From positions 62,001 to 90,629 of the forward strand of contig CT868076.1 in assembly GCA_000165425.1 (NCBI GenBank): DNA of 28,629 nucleotides. The letters are read 5' to 3'. Shown piece by piece: positions 1 through 11,383 of this stretch. The position numbers and the translations under genes are program-made. The notes beneath the pieces were generated by a model. That model saw nothing but the letters and a program-made list of their open reading frames with translations, did no database searches and was not told the DNA's origin. Positions within the stretch are counted from its first letter, which is position 1; each line of letters begins with the position of its first letter. Source of the DNA: Paramecium tetraurelia (lineage: Eukaryota).

Positions 1-2546
1 ACTATTAAAGATTAATGCATAACTAATGCCATTGGAATAGATATGTGCTTGGAATACAAATAGTAGTTTACCTGAACCTGCTTGCTAGGACAAGTCATGT
101 ACAACTGCTCCTAGTTCCACATTAACTCACAATGATTGGCTTCAATTATTATAATACACCAAGTAATCAAAATGTACAGTACATGCTATTCCAGATGCTA
201 ATGGTGGATAACCAATTTTAAGAGGATGTTAATAAACTGGCTGGCTTGTTCAACTTATATTGATAGTGAGTAATGCAAAATAAATGATGTTGGAGATCCT
301 TGTGGATGGAATGGAAAAGAATGTAATGATAAATCTTGTTCCACTGCTCCTGCAACATCAGAATATGATGATGATACAAAATGTAAAGCCTATTTCAACA
401 ATAAATGTACAGTTTCATCAGATGGATAAGGATGTATAGATATTCCAGAGAGTTGTGAGTTAATGAATTAGAAACAATGTTATTACAATAGAACTGCACA
501 ACCCTGTTATGTTATTGGACTGGAACAGAGTGTATAACTAAATCTTGTGAAAATGCTCCAATAGAAACAGCAACAGCTGAATAATGTAATAACTATTTAT
601 ATGGATGTACAAAAGATATTATAAAATGCAAAATTAAAATCTGTGAAGATTATATTTTAACAACAGATGAACAATGTAGTTATGCGTTATCTACATGTAC
701 AACAAATGGTATTAATTGTGTAACAAGAGGAACATGTGTTTAAGCTTAAAACAAAGCTGGATGTGTTGTATCTTCTACTGGATAATCTTGTGAATGGATA
801 CCAGATGTCGTAGATTCTCAAAATGTTGTAACTACTGCAGCATATTGTACAATTAAAACTTGTAATACTGCCCCAATTAGTTTATAAACAGATGTAGATT
901 GTGCAAAGTATTTTACAAATTGTACAACTAAAAGTGGAGGAGGTTGTGTTGCTAAATCAAGTTGTTCTGCTGCTTCTGTAAATGCTGCTTGTATAACTGC
1001 ATTAAATGGTACAATATGTGCATGGGATTATACATTAAATAAGTGTAGAGATAAAGACTGTTAAGATTTTATAGGAACAACTCACACCATTTGTTAAACT
1101 TAAAGATAAGGATGTACTGCTGGACCAAATGGTAGATGTGCTAGAGTTTAAAGTTGTGAATTAACTACTATTAGAGAAGCTTGTATTGAAGGCACAAATG
1201 GGCCTTGTTTATGGATTGAGAAGTTTGTCAATAATGATGGGTCAAAAGGAGCTTGTTTTGCATATACATCATGCAAGAGTTTAGCTTGGAATAGTGATGA
1301 ATCTTGTAAATTAATAAGTAATAAATGTACAACTAATGGAACTAATTGTATTGGAATTACTACATGTACTGAGACAAATATTGATGGTGGATGTGTTACA
1401 GGGTATGATGGATCTTGCATTTAATCTGTTCCTGCTTTGAATTCATCTGATCCTAAGATTTGTAAACCATTTAAATCATGTGCAGATGCCTTTTATGCAA
1501 CTCATAAAGATTGTTAAATTGCTAATAAAAAATGTACAACAGATGGAACTACGGGTTGCATTCCTTTAGGTGCATGTTCAACATACAAATCTTAACCAGG
1601 ATGTTAGATAAATGATAAAGGATCTGTAGTTGAATCTGGTGTTATAACTTCAACAGGTGTTTGTACATGGGATTTGAGTACAAGTTCATGTAGAGATTAA
1701 ATTTGCACTGATTTGAATGGTGTTACTCATGGAATTTGTAATTCTTAATTATCAACATGTACTTCAAATGGTACTAAATGTTTACTTAAAACAAATTGTT
1801 CTAGTTATTCAACCTAAATTATTTGTTCAACAGCTGTTGGAAATGATGGACTTTGCTTTTGGGAGGTTGGTTCTGCTTCAAATAATAATACAGCCAAATG
1901 TAGATTACTTTCTTGTGCTGATATTCAAAATGGAACATCTATTAGTGTTTGTTAAGCTGCTTTACCATCTTGCATTTCAAATGGAACTATTTGTATCCCA
2001 AAGGCTAAATGTTCAACTTACACAACTAAAACAGCATGCAATTTTGGTGGATTAGATGGAATTTGTGTATTTACATAATCAACTTCTGCATAGGCTGTGC
2101 CTGATAGTGGAACTTGTACTTTAATGAATTCATGTTCATCTGCAAATAATGATTAAAATGCTTGTGTAGCTGCATAAGATAGATGTTCATGGAGTGCAGC
2201 TAGTTCTAGTATTACAAGTATATGTACAAATCATACATGTGGTACATATAATTAAGTGAGTGGAACTTGTTCAAGATTCTTTAATTGGGATAAATAATCA
2301 TAATAAATATGTTCTATGATTAATGGAATATGTAGAGCCACTGATCCATCAACATTAATATAAAGTGATTGTTTTAAACTTTCAGGATATACATATACAT
2401 GGAATAGTTCAACAAACAAATGCTAAGTTTGTACTAAAAAAGATCAGCCAAATGGTCCTATCAATAATACAATCAATGATACAAATAATACGAATACAGC
2501 TTAAGGGTTATTATTAACATTCATCTTAGGCTATTTGATGATTTGA
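1..2546 (+). CDS. 3' part (5'-truncated by window) of a Paramecium surface-antigen-like Cys-periodic protein with a GPI-type hydrophobic tail; left copy of an inverted pair
   Basis: In the ciliate code the frame is open from ~510 to TGA at 2544-2546. It has regularly spaced Cys and W-x(4-6)-C motifs (KSCENAP, CEWIPD, CAWDYTLNKCRDKDC, CTWDLSTSSCRDQIC) and is Thr/Ser/Gly-rich. It ends NNTINDTNNTNTAQGLLLTFILGYLMI*. Several small insertions break the frame in 1-510, e.g. duplicated tgtta near 505-514. Confidence 0.9.
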
Positions 2547-2614
2547 TCATATTAGATTATAATATTAATTTATATAAATAATTTATACATAGTGTAGTAA
2601 TTATTAAATGTTAA

Positions 2615-2890
2615 TCAAATATTCTTGCCATTTAGATAGTCTACAAATAATGAACCAAGTGATTCTGATTGAAATTACTAGTTACATTTTGGACATTCTG
2701 CATTATAATAATTTCCTTTATATTAATTTATAAAAGATTATTAAAAACATTTCGGACAAGTGTATTTGATATTTCCAATTGAACTTAAGTAATTCTAGTA
2801 AAACTTATTCATTTTTTGTCCAGCATCCTCCTTAAATACCTTTTTTCTGATTCTGTTAAATCAGTTGTTTCCCAAAAACCTCTATAAACT
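2615..2890 (-). pseudogene. Orphan 3' fragment of the VWA/C1-protease/Zn-ribbon gene (copy of 20018-20295)
   Basis: The minus strand reproduces ...FWETTDLTESEK...YTCPKCFQQSFINQYKGNYYNAECPKC...DYLNGKNI*. Two homopolymers are one base shorter than in the intact gene (near 2875 and 2845). Homology stops abruptly at 2890, so the VWA and catalytic regions are absent. Confidence 0.85.
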
Positions 2891-3436
2891 AGTATTGGGT
2901 TCTTGCAAAGTTTAATCATTTCTAATCATATTATAATTTTTCCAAATATCTTTTGGTGGTTAAATTATTTATTATTGCACATCTAAAGTATCTGTATTTG
3001 CTTTATAATTAGTCTAGAAAGAAATCATTCTATAGCGTTATGATTAGAATGATAGGAATGTATATTAAGAATCGATCATTCATCTTTAAACAATTTTTTC
3101 TCAATCTATAATATTATCTTTATCTATTATAATTCCTAATTTCTCAATGAATTGCTTAAAATCCATCTTTTCCATTTCAATTAATTTATTAAATGAAAAA
3201 ATCGTACTGTTGAGACATTTATAATTAATGCCATATTTGTAAAAACACACTTCGCATATTTATAGGATAAGAGTCAAAAGTTAACTTACGATTCATTTAT
3301 TAATATTTGGTATCAATAAGCTTAAAATTTTGCATGAATTAGTATTTTGAGTTAATAACTGTTCCTTTCAGTATTTATTCTATCCTTCCAGTTCTTCTAA
3401 TTTATTAATGAATTTCAAGCACAAGCTATCTTGCAT
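2891..3436 (-). pseudogene. Possible degenerate gene of unknown function
   Basis: ATG near 3436 gives MQDSLCLKFINKLEELEGQNKY*. Later coding-like stretches (ICEVCFYKYGINYKC..., FLSFQSQRYRMISFQTNYKANTDTLDVQQQIIQPPKDIWKNY) are interrupted by TGAs. I could not build a clean intron model. Confidence 0.3.
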
Positions 3437-3747
3437 ATTAATTAAAAATTATAATAATCATTTACCATAAAACATTGCTATTATATTATCAACTATTCAC
3501 TTCCCTGAAGAATACAATAATATGATTTTTATGCACAATAGATAGATGATTTAATATAGAATCTTATTGATTACATTAATATTTGATTATTAACATCTAT
3601 ACCCCATCATTTCTAGGACAATCACTTCTATTGTATAAAAATTCAATAAATTTGAGATTTTTCAACTAAATTGATTGATCATCAATTTTAATATTCCTAA
3701 TTCACTTAAATTTCCTGTTCTTTAGATTTTGAATATTAATTAAATAA

Positions 3748-5752
3748 ATGTAAATATAAGATGGAAACAATTTGATGCTTAACCTATCTAATGGTCCAAT
3801 AGACAATAGTAGAAGATCCTGCACAAATGTGTTTTGTGCCATCTTTTATGCGGGCATATTGTTGAGTATCTTTGGGATAGGCTTGTACATGAATCAAAGC
3901 GGGAATGTATTGTTGATAGACAGAGGATATGACCCTGATCGTAAATAGAAACAAATATGATAAAGATAGACCATGTGGAATAGACACTTTGAGAGATTAT
4001 CCATTCATCTACTTCACTACTCTCAATAGTGATTTCTTATGGAAGACTGTTTGCGTTTAGGAATGTCCGAGTGTTCCAGTTGCCAAACACAAACATTTGT
4101 AGTTCAATCCTCCAACAACTACAACTGTTCCGACAACAACAACACCCATAGGAACACCCCAAAATTCATAATTAAAATGCGCTGTAAATTCAGTAGTAAC
4201 TTCTTGTAGTTAAGCCACATTATACAACAGCATTAAATGTAATATTAATATATATGCATATAGTCGATTAAAGAGTCTGCATTCCCACAGATCCAGATTA
4301 ATTTAAGGTAGTTCAGGAAGCATTGAAAATGGGTTTCTTGCATTAATTAATTTCTGATATCAGTGGAGCCAAGTATACCTTATTTATATTCATTGTAATT
4401 GGAACTTGCTTTACCTTGTCATTCACTTACCTATTAAAGTGGTGTAGTAAGACTGTAATTTGGTTCATCATCTTTATCATCGTGGTGTTGTCCATCTTCT
4501 TTGGCTATTATAGTTATCTGTAATATAGGGCATCGTAATGAATATATCTATCCAAATAGATCTAGTATGACTATCGGTTTATCCCCGACTGGATATCTAT
4601 TATAATCAATAATTTGGTGGTGTTTTGGATTGGGTACAATAATCTTGACAATTTGTTTTTACAAACGAATCAATCTAGCCATTGCCATCATTAAGTCAGC
4701 ATCTGATTTTGTCACTAAGAATGTCAGTATTGTCATTGTCCCTATATTCTCGACTCTTGCCACTTTTATTTTCACCATTATTTTTATATACATAGCATTG
4801 TAATTATACAATTAAAACTAGTTTAATATGTTCAACTGGTACACCTGGAGATAAATAATAGTAATGGCCTTTTGGGTAATTGAAATACACAGTACTTTAA
4901 TACTTTAGTGGATTCTATTTGTTATTTGCCACCTTTTGGACATATGCTTTGATTATTGGAGTCAATAGCTTTATCATAGCAGGTTCAGTGTGTGTGTGGT
5001 ATTGGCAACAAGGAAAGAGTGGTTAAGAACATGTGTAACCACTCAATTCATCGTGGAAGAGATGTTTTGTCTACCATTTTGGTTCAATTGTCTTGGGTGC
5101 CCTATTATTGGGATTAATCTCAATTTTTAGATCTTTTTTCGAGTATCTATATGTATTTAGTATTCATATAATCAAAATAGAGAAATGCTGAGTATATGAG
5201 AAATACAGATGGCTGTCAATTTTGTTTTAAGTGTTGTGCATGTTGCATATGGTGTTTTGAAAGGTTTTTACAATATTTGAATCAGAATATCTATGTCTAA
5301 ATTAACATGACTGGAGATGGGTTCTTTCATGCTGCCAAAAAAGGTTTGGATATTATGTCTAATAATCCTTCTATTGTTATGTAAGTAGTGGGATTGGGAG
5401 ATCTGATAAATAACATTGCAAGAATCATGATTACATTATCAATCTCTATGTTCTTTTTTAGATCCATTTCTGAATTGCCTCAACTATTATTTGGAGGCAT
5501 TGTCATTAATCCATACAATCCAACCTTATTATTGGCAATCATTATCTTTGTCATTGCCACTGTGTTTACCAATATTTTTGGAGTGGCCATTGAAAGCATT
5601 CTCCATTTATATTGCATTGATTAAGAAATAGCCAGGGCCAAACAGAGTTCAGAAGATGCTGAAATGTGTCCTGCGGTATTATTGATTATATATTATTATA
5701 ATAGGCTTTAAGAGAATTTTTAAATGACAAAGTGTTTACATAATAAAAATGA
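3748..5752 (+). CDS. Choline transporter-like protein (SLC44/CTL family), ~616 aa, 6 introns
   Basis: Family motifs: GPIDNSRRSCTNVFCAIF, RGYDPDHRPCG, YPFIYF, VCVQECP, YHFGSIVLGALL, CCACCIWCFERFLQYLNQNIYVQINMTGDGFFHAAKKG, plus multiple hydrophobic helices. Frame-restoring introns at 3941-3965, 4239-4263, 4535-4559, 4800-4821, 5153-5180 and 5676-5704. TGA at 5750-5752. Confidence 0.92.
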
Positions 5753-5774
5753 AATATTAATAAAGAATTCATAA

Positions 5775-6421
5775 TCAATAATCTTTTTTTGTATTCGTTC
5801 TTGACAACTTATTATTGATGCTCTTTTGACTTTAATTTTATTCCTCCAAATCCAACGTTGACAGGAAATCTTTAATTTTATTAACATTTTCATTTAAATC
5901 ATTCAATAATACCCAATATGAATAAAAGCTTTCTTGAGGATATTTAGATAAATTTACTTTTATTTTCCTACTTAAATTCAATCAATTAATCATTATAAGT
6001 CTCCTGATGCTTTGTGATTGATTAAACTTTTGTTTCCAATTCTGCCATCTTGTCTCAAATAATACTAAGATAGAGGAATACTTTAGATTTCATTAGATCT
6101 CATAGGAGAATCTAATTTTTCTACTTTAACAATCTCTTTGTTTTTAGGGGAAAATGGATGATGCAGGGAGATGAATTGACTTTGGAGTTAGAGAATTTGG
6201 GTTTCTTGAGACCTCAATTGCTCTTCAATTGGTCGTATAAATGCCTATATGGTATTTTCGATGATCTTTTCGATGAAGCATATAATCTGTTAGGTTAGTT
6301 CTTCCTTCTGCAATTCCTTGTCATTATTGACAGATTTACTCTTCTGCATTTTCTTGTATATATGATTAGAGATGATTACCATTTCAACCAAGGATTCAAT
6401 TATACTCTCGAATTTAAACAT
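5775..6421 (-). CDS. Hypothetical coiled-coil protein (~197 aa), paralog A of a tandem pair
   Basis: ATG at 6421 (MFKFESIIESLVEM...). Introns 6054-6081 and 5933-5957 give a continuous frame ending ...SYWVLLNDLNENVNKIKDFL...TKKDY*. Confidence 0.7.
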
Positions 6422-6468
6422 TTACAATTATTATTGTTTACTTTAACTAATAAAATACACAATTATAT

Positions 6469-7315
6469 TCAAGATGCTTTGATGTAAGAAGCAGCCTTTT
6501 ACAAGAGACCTCCTGATTTCTTCTTCTCCACCTATTCATCTAAGTACTTCTACATTTTTTCGACTCTATCATTCACATCTCCAAGCACAACCCAACAAGC
6601 ATTGCATTTCTCTAACAAATCAATTGCAATGTATACCTTTGACTTGCCTTACGGTATCATTGACTTTAGTATCATTTAATTCCTATTTGAGTTAATAAAT
6701 TTTGTCATCAAATTGCGATAGCATCTCTAAAAGATAAACAACAAACCATACTTGATTGGATATCATCTGAAGTATTAAATATCTATATTGTCTATTTCAT
6801 TTAAGCTCTAAATTATTAAACTATTATCATACTAGGTATCCATCAATAGACTAATCATGTTATCATGATTTTGTAATTTCTTTCTGACTCTATCGATTTC
6901 ATCTGTTTCTATCTGTTTCCCACTCTCAATTACTTTTTCTGAAACTCCCACACTGCGCATTACTGGAGTAAACTGGAGATAGAGACTACATTTACTTGAT
7001 TAAAACTCTTGATGACAAGTTCTTTGATCTTAGCCAAATCTGACTCCAATTGATCGATCTACTACTTGATAGGTTCCACCAATTCGTTGCAAGTGATCTT
7101 GGCCACTTCTGTGAATATGTTGGCTATGCTTGCCATCAACTTCTCCTTCTCAACCAATTTGTCAATTATGCATTCATTATTGTGATGAATGTACCCTTTC
7201 TATTATTGTTATTGTGCTTTCTTGCTTAAATACTGAGCCTATACATTATTTAGAGTACTTTATCAACTGCTTTCTCCACCTTCTCATCAAAATCCTTTTC
7301 AGTATACTTTTTCAT
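6469..7315 (-). CDS. Hypothetical coiled-coil protein (~242 aa), paralog B of a tandem pair
   Basis: ATG at 7315 (MKKYTEKDFDEKVEKAVDK). Introns 7239-7258, 6973-6995, 6808-6832, 6727-6751 and 6612-6636 give a continuous frame ending ...CWVVLGDVNDRVEKMQKYLDEQVEKKKSGGLLQKAASYIKAS*. Confidence 0.78.
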
Positions 7316-7369
7316 CTCGTATATTGAATACGTATATTTTGAAAAGCAAAGAAAATATTTAATACTTTT

Positions 7370-9440
7370 TCAATTGATATACGAACATAATTATTTTTAT
7401 TGAACAAAACTCATATAATTGCTTCGGGTTGAATTGAGATCATTCGTAACACTAGACTTGAATTTCAATCTGAGTTTGTCAATCGACTAATTATTGCTAA
7501 CACTGTTGACTTCACTTTGATGATGATTTTTTTATGCGAATTGCTTTTACACATTCCTATAAGATGCCTAAATGACCTTCTGAATCTACTTTGCTTTCTT
7601 TTCTGGATTCTCCGATTTGAAAGCCTATTAATACATCAAAGACAAAACAAGATTATCCTTATGCACTCTAGGAAGTGTGCTAAGTGTATCCAAAACTGTC
7701 TATAGAGGAGGATTTTAGGGAATGTGAAGAGAAGGCAATTACCCAAAAGACTGATGGACATTCTCTGTCTTAATAATTGGCTAAGAAGACCTAGAAGTTA
7801 ATGAAGTGAACTCCGTGCTATTTTCATTCAAAAGATCAGCTTGTGTCTTAATTGTGAATTTATTCCTGATGCAATTTTCATCATGAGATTGTTAAGCTGC
7901 TTGAGGTTTCTTCAATAATCTGGCTTAATACTATTGCAAAGTATTGCTATAGACTTTTTATAACACACTTTGATTCTGAGTATTAACTACTTTGATGCTC
8001 TTTAGATCTTCCTCTGTTATGTTTTATAATAGTTTCACTTGGGACAACTTCTAGCCTTGAGACTCAACCAATTTCTTATTAAGAATGTGCTTGGCTTAAA
8101 AATTTGGTTTATTCTATTAGACATCCTGAGCAGCCTTAAAGATCTGATAATAAATTATAATAAATTTACTTCATCCTATTGATGAATAGTCTACTAGGCA
8201 GTTTCACATTTTTTTTACCAATGCTTAAATATAATGTTCGAATTCTTTTTCATATTTTCAAAAATTTGATAATTACCTAGGTTATCGAAGAATTGTCTCT
8301 TTCTTATTCTATAGACGTGTAATTTTGGAGTAATAACTTTGGCCTTAGTGAATCGAGAGATCTTTAACATAATTTCAACTTCCCCAAATCCTTAAAATTA
8401 TCCATAAGATGACAAAATTATTTGTTTTTCTCCTACTTTCTTAGATAATTCAATCTCTCCATCTATAATAAAGTAGATGTGTGTTGATTTATCATCTTCC
8501 TTAAATAGAATTTCACCAGCATGATGTGTAATCATTTTACATTCTAAAATTATACCCATGAATTCTTAAGGTTCAATAAACTAAAATAGTGGAGTTTTGG
8601 AAAAGTAGTTTATTTTATTATCTAATGCAGCACTCATATACGGATTAATCAACTCCAAATATGCCATCTCACTCAAGTATATTAAATGAGTCTATTCCAA
8701 CGCATAAACTGTTGATGATCTTGCTGTATCCAACTTAATAGCTGCCTCTCCAAACGAACTTTAATAGCTCTTTATTTACATACTCTCCTTAAAACAGTAC
8801 TTTCAATATTATGTAATCTGGGAACACACTGTTCAGTCCATAGGGATCCTATTCAGTCTTTTTAATGAGTTTTGATTGTGAATTCTCCAAGTAATCCAAC
8901 TTGTTAGATCCAACCATCTTCTCTTTTGGTTTCATCACTACCACCTTCCCTTCCAAGATTATATAAAATCGTTTATTTTGATCTCCCTATCTATAAACTG
9001 GATTCAATTGAGGCACTGATTGAAACCTAACTGCATTCTAATAGATACCTAAATTCAGAGTAAATACGACCCAATAACTCAGGAGGCACTTCCTTCCTTA
9101 TTTCCTTGATCTTTTTAATTTAACTTAATTATTCAATCAAAATGGATGATGTTGGTATTATCATATTGGTTAATGTTGCGATGCTCTTTCTCGAATATCT
9201 ACGATAATAATTATCAGGATTCGAATTCTCAGTTATTGGTCTCAATCCTAACTCATTTCTTATTGAATCGATATCAATCAGTTTCTTTTATTTTTTTACA
9301 TCTCTCTGCTAAGTTTACTTCTGTGCCCCCTTTAACATGTGCTTAGATTCACTATCCGAATCAGAATCGCTGGGTTACTGTAGAAAGTCAAAATTAGTTT
9401 TTGTTTGAATACTAAAGGATGATTGTATGTAAGAAGTCAT
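7370..9440 (-). CDS. Protein with two cyclic-nucleotide-binding (cNMP) domains and a low-complexity C-terminus
   Basis: Domain 1: VYRQGDQNKRFYIILEGKV ... GDSFGEAAIKLDTARSSTVYA. Domain 2: GEILFKEDDKSTHIYFIIDGEIEL ... GFGEVEIMLKISRFTKAKV. Introns at 9027-9048, 8759-8783 and 8144-8169. One more intron or frameshift is needed near 7780-7810, so the 3' model is less certain. Confidence 0.85.
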
Positions 9441-9692
9441 TATATAAAAATATTTGATTTTTAATTTAATCCTTCAACTAGGTATTCTCCATGCTATACT
9501 ATCCTATCCTATTCAATTATTTTATATACTCTTTGGTTTTTCAAAATATTTGGAAGGATCCAATTCTAGAATTGTGAAAAGAAACCATTAATCATTTATA
9601 TTATCTATGATGATTTAATGAATCTATTAAAATAATGATAACTCAGATGTATTCTAATAGATTGTAGTATTAAATTTAATTTTTATTAATGA

Positions 9693-11342
9693 TCATTCTT
9701 TTTTCTTCTTCTTCTTTTTGCCCTTCTTCTCCTCGAAAGGATTAACTAACATGGATTGTCCAACATCCATTAGTTTAGTGTTGAAGTCCTCTTGATAAGT
9801 AGGTACCATAATCCCAGCCAATAGAGAGTCGATTTAAATGGGAATTTTGTGTTTTGCAAATCTATTTTTGATATCCAAAACTTCCTATAAATTTTAATCA
9901 TTCACTATTTTTGGACTATTTCTCTATAATAATTGAGAGAATTTGCTATGGAGTGAATTAGATCTAAGTTTTGTTGCATAAATGGACAATGATGATGGTT
10001 ATTCATCAAGTTAAGTATCTGTGGCACTTAGATTCAATAGATCTTTGTATGCTCTCTTAGCATTTACCACTCTTTAAGCAGATGCTTTATTCTCCAAAAA
10101 TGAAGTATCAACAGCCGAGTCATATTATCTATTTTGTGATTATACAATAATAGGTAATGGCTTTAGATTGATTACTTTAGAGTCTTACTAATTTTACAAT
10201 CCAAGAGATAATGCTCTTCTTTTATCGACTTCTGCATATCTACTACCATAATATTGTGAATCTATTCTGCGATCAATCTCCTTTTCTATTCTGGCTTTGT
10301 TCTTAGACCAAACATTCATAGAATTAACAATCTCTTCATCCATTTTTTTCTCTGCTGCTTCCTTCTATCTAAATTAGATCCATCTATTTTATAGATTCAA
10401 TTCGATTTCCTGATTCGATGGTTAATATAACTAATAGTTTTACTTATTCTCAAACTATTTATTTAAATCTTTAAATTCTAAATTAACATCATCTTTTTAA
10501 AATACTTTGATCTTGGGTACCATATTTATAAGTATTTTCTTCTTATCTTCAGTCTGCTCTTCATTCCCCAATAAGTCTCCATCTATAACAATCTCACCCT
10601 CTGTTTAATCCTAACTCTATTGCAGATTCTCATCCTATTCTTTTTGGTTTTACGAGATCACTTTAGGAAAGGTGCTCTTTAATTGAATTTGAGGCACAAT
10701 GTTGTTTAATTGATTAAATTGTCTTCTTTTATATTACTTTAATCTAATGACTAATAACTTCAAGTACCTCAATTGTGGTGGATCACAATTCGTATGCATG
10801 GTTCTGTTCTTCTCCCTATAATCCCTAAGTTGATCATCAATTAATTTACTAGGCAAAGGCATTGACTAATCCTAATTTATAAATCTAGCATCATCACTCG
10901 AAGCTATGTTACCTACATCCTTCTCTTGTGTCTTTATGACTTCCCTGTTGTTCTACACAAAAAAACCATACACCTTTTCCAGAAATATCAACTAAGAATC
11001 CCTTCCTTTTGCGATTGCTGCTTCTCTTAATAAATTTACAATATTTTAGTAAAAATTATAACGAGTAGGCATTGTTGGAATTATTCTACCTTATTTCAAA
11101 GATGCTTAGATCTAAATAATGAATAAATTAGTGATTACTTCTTTATTGAAATTTTAAATGGATTTGATTATAGTGATAAACTTTTTATTATCCTCAAAGT
11201 GCACACTCTTGAGTTCTTCAGTATCGAATAGCTGGTAATTAAATCTCGTATGCCATAATCGTGTGCTATTGTAGAATTGCAGCTTCTCAGTGTCACTAAT
11301 ACTCGAAAGCACATGTGACTTTTCGAAAGCTGATTAATTCAT
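9693..11342 (-). CDS. Hypothetical protein with a coiled-coil middle and a basic C-terminal tail
   Basis: ATG at 11342 (MNQSAFEKSHVLSS...). Long open frame with short introns, including RWIQFRQKEAAEKKMDEEIVNSMNVWSKNKARIEKEIDRR, ending QSMLVNPFEEKKGKKKKKKE* (TGA 9693-9695). Confidence 0.8.
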
Positions 11343-11383
11343 TATTTTTATATATTTTTATTTTCTTAACTGATATTTTAAAA
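11343..11383. promoter_or_regulatory. 41-bp AT-rich head-to-head intergenic region, putative bidirectional promoter
   Basis: Lies between divergent ATGs at 11342 (-) and 11384 (+); almost entirely A/T. Confidence 0.55.

Larger units (their letters stand above)
1..2890. repeat. Left arm of inverted segmental duplication (partner 20018-22915); probably continues beyond the left window edge
   Basis: Reverse complement read by eye: position 1 pairs with ~22915, stop 2544-2546 with 20364-20366, and ...cctctataaact at 2890 with 20018. Identity is high throughout (about 95% by eye, not computed). Confidence 0.95.

Noticed and set aside
1148..2055. ORF-track entries 1148-1420 (-) and 1717-2055 (+), and their mirrors at 20958-22100
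   Set aside because: Antisense or off-frame shadows of the antigen gene, produced by treating TAA/TAG as stops.
2891..3436. Functional chimeric gene fusing the upstream ORF to the protease zinc-ribbon fragment, or TGA recoding (Sec/Trp)
   Set aside because: No frame crossing the 2890 junction is both open upstream and open through to the ribbon. TGA acts as the stop in every intact gene here, and no SECIS-like structure was evident.
7370..9440. Calling this a PKA regulatory subunit, PKG or CNG channel
   Set aside because: No kinase domain, no transmembrane segments and no clear dimerisation or inhibitor motif were seen; only two cNMP-binding domains are supported.
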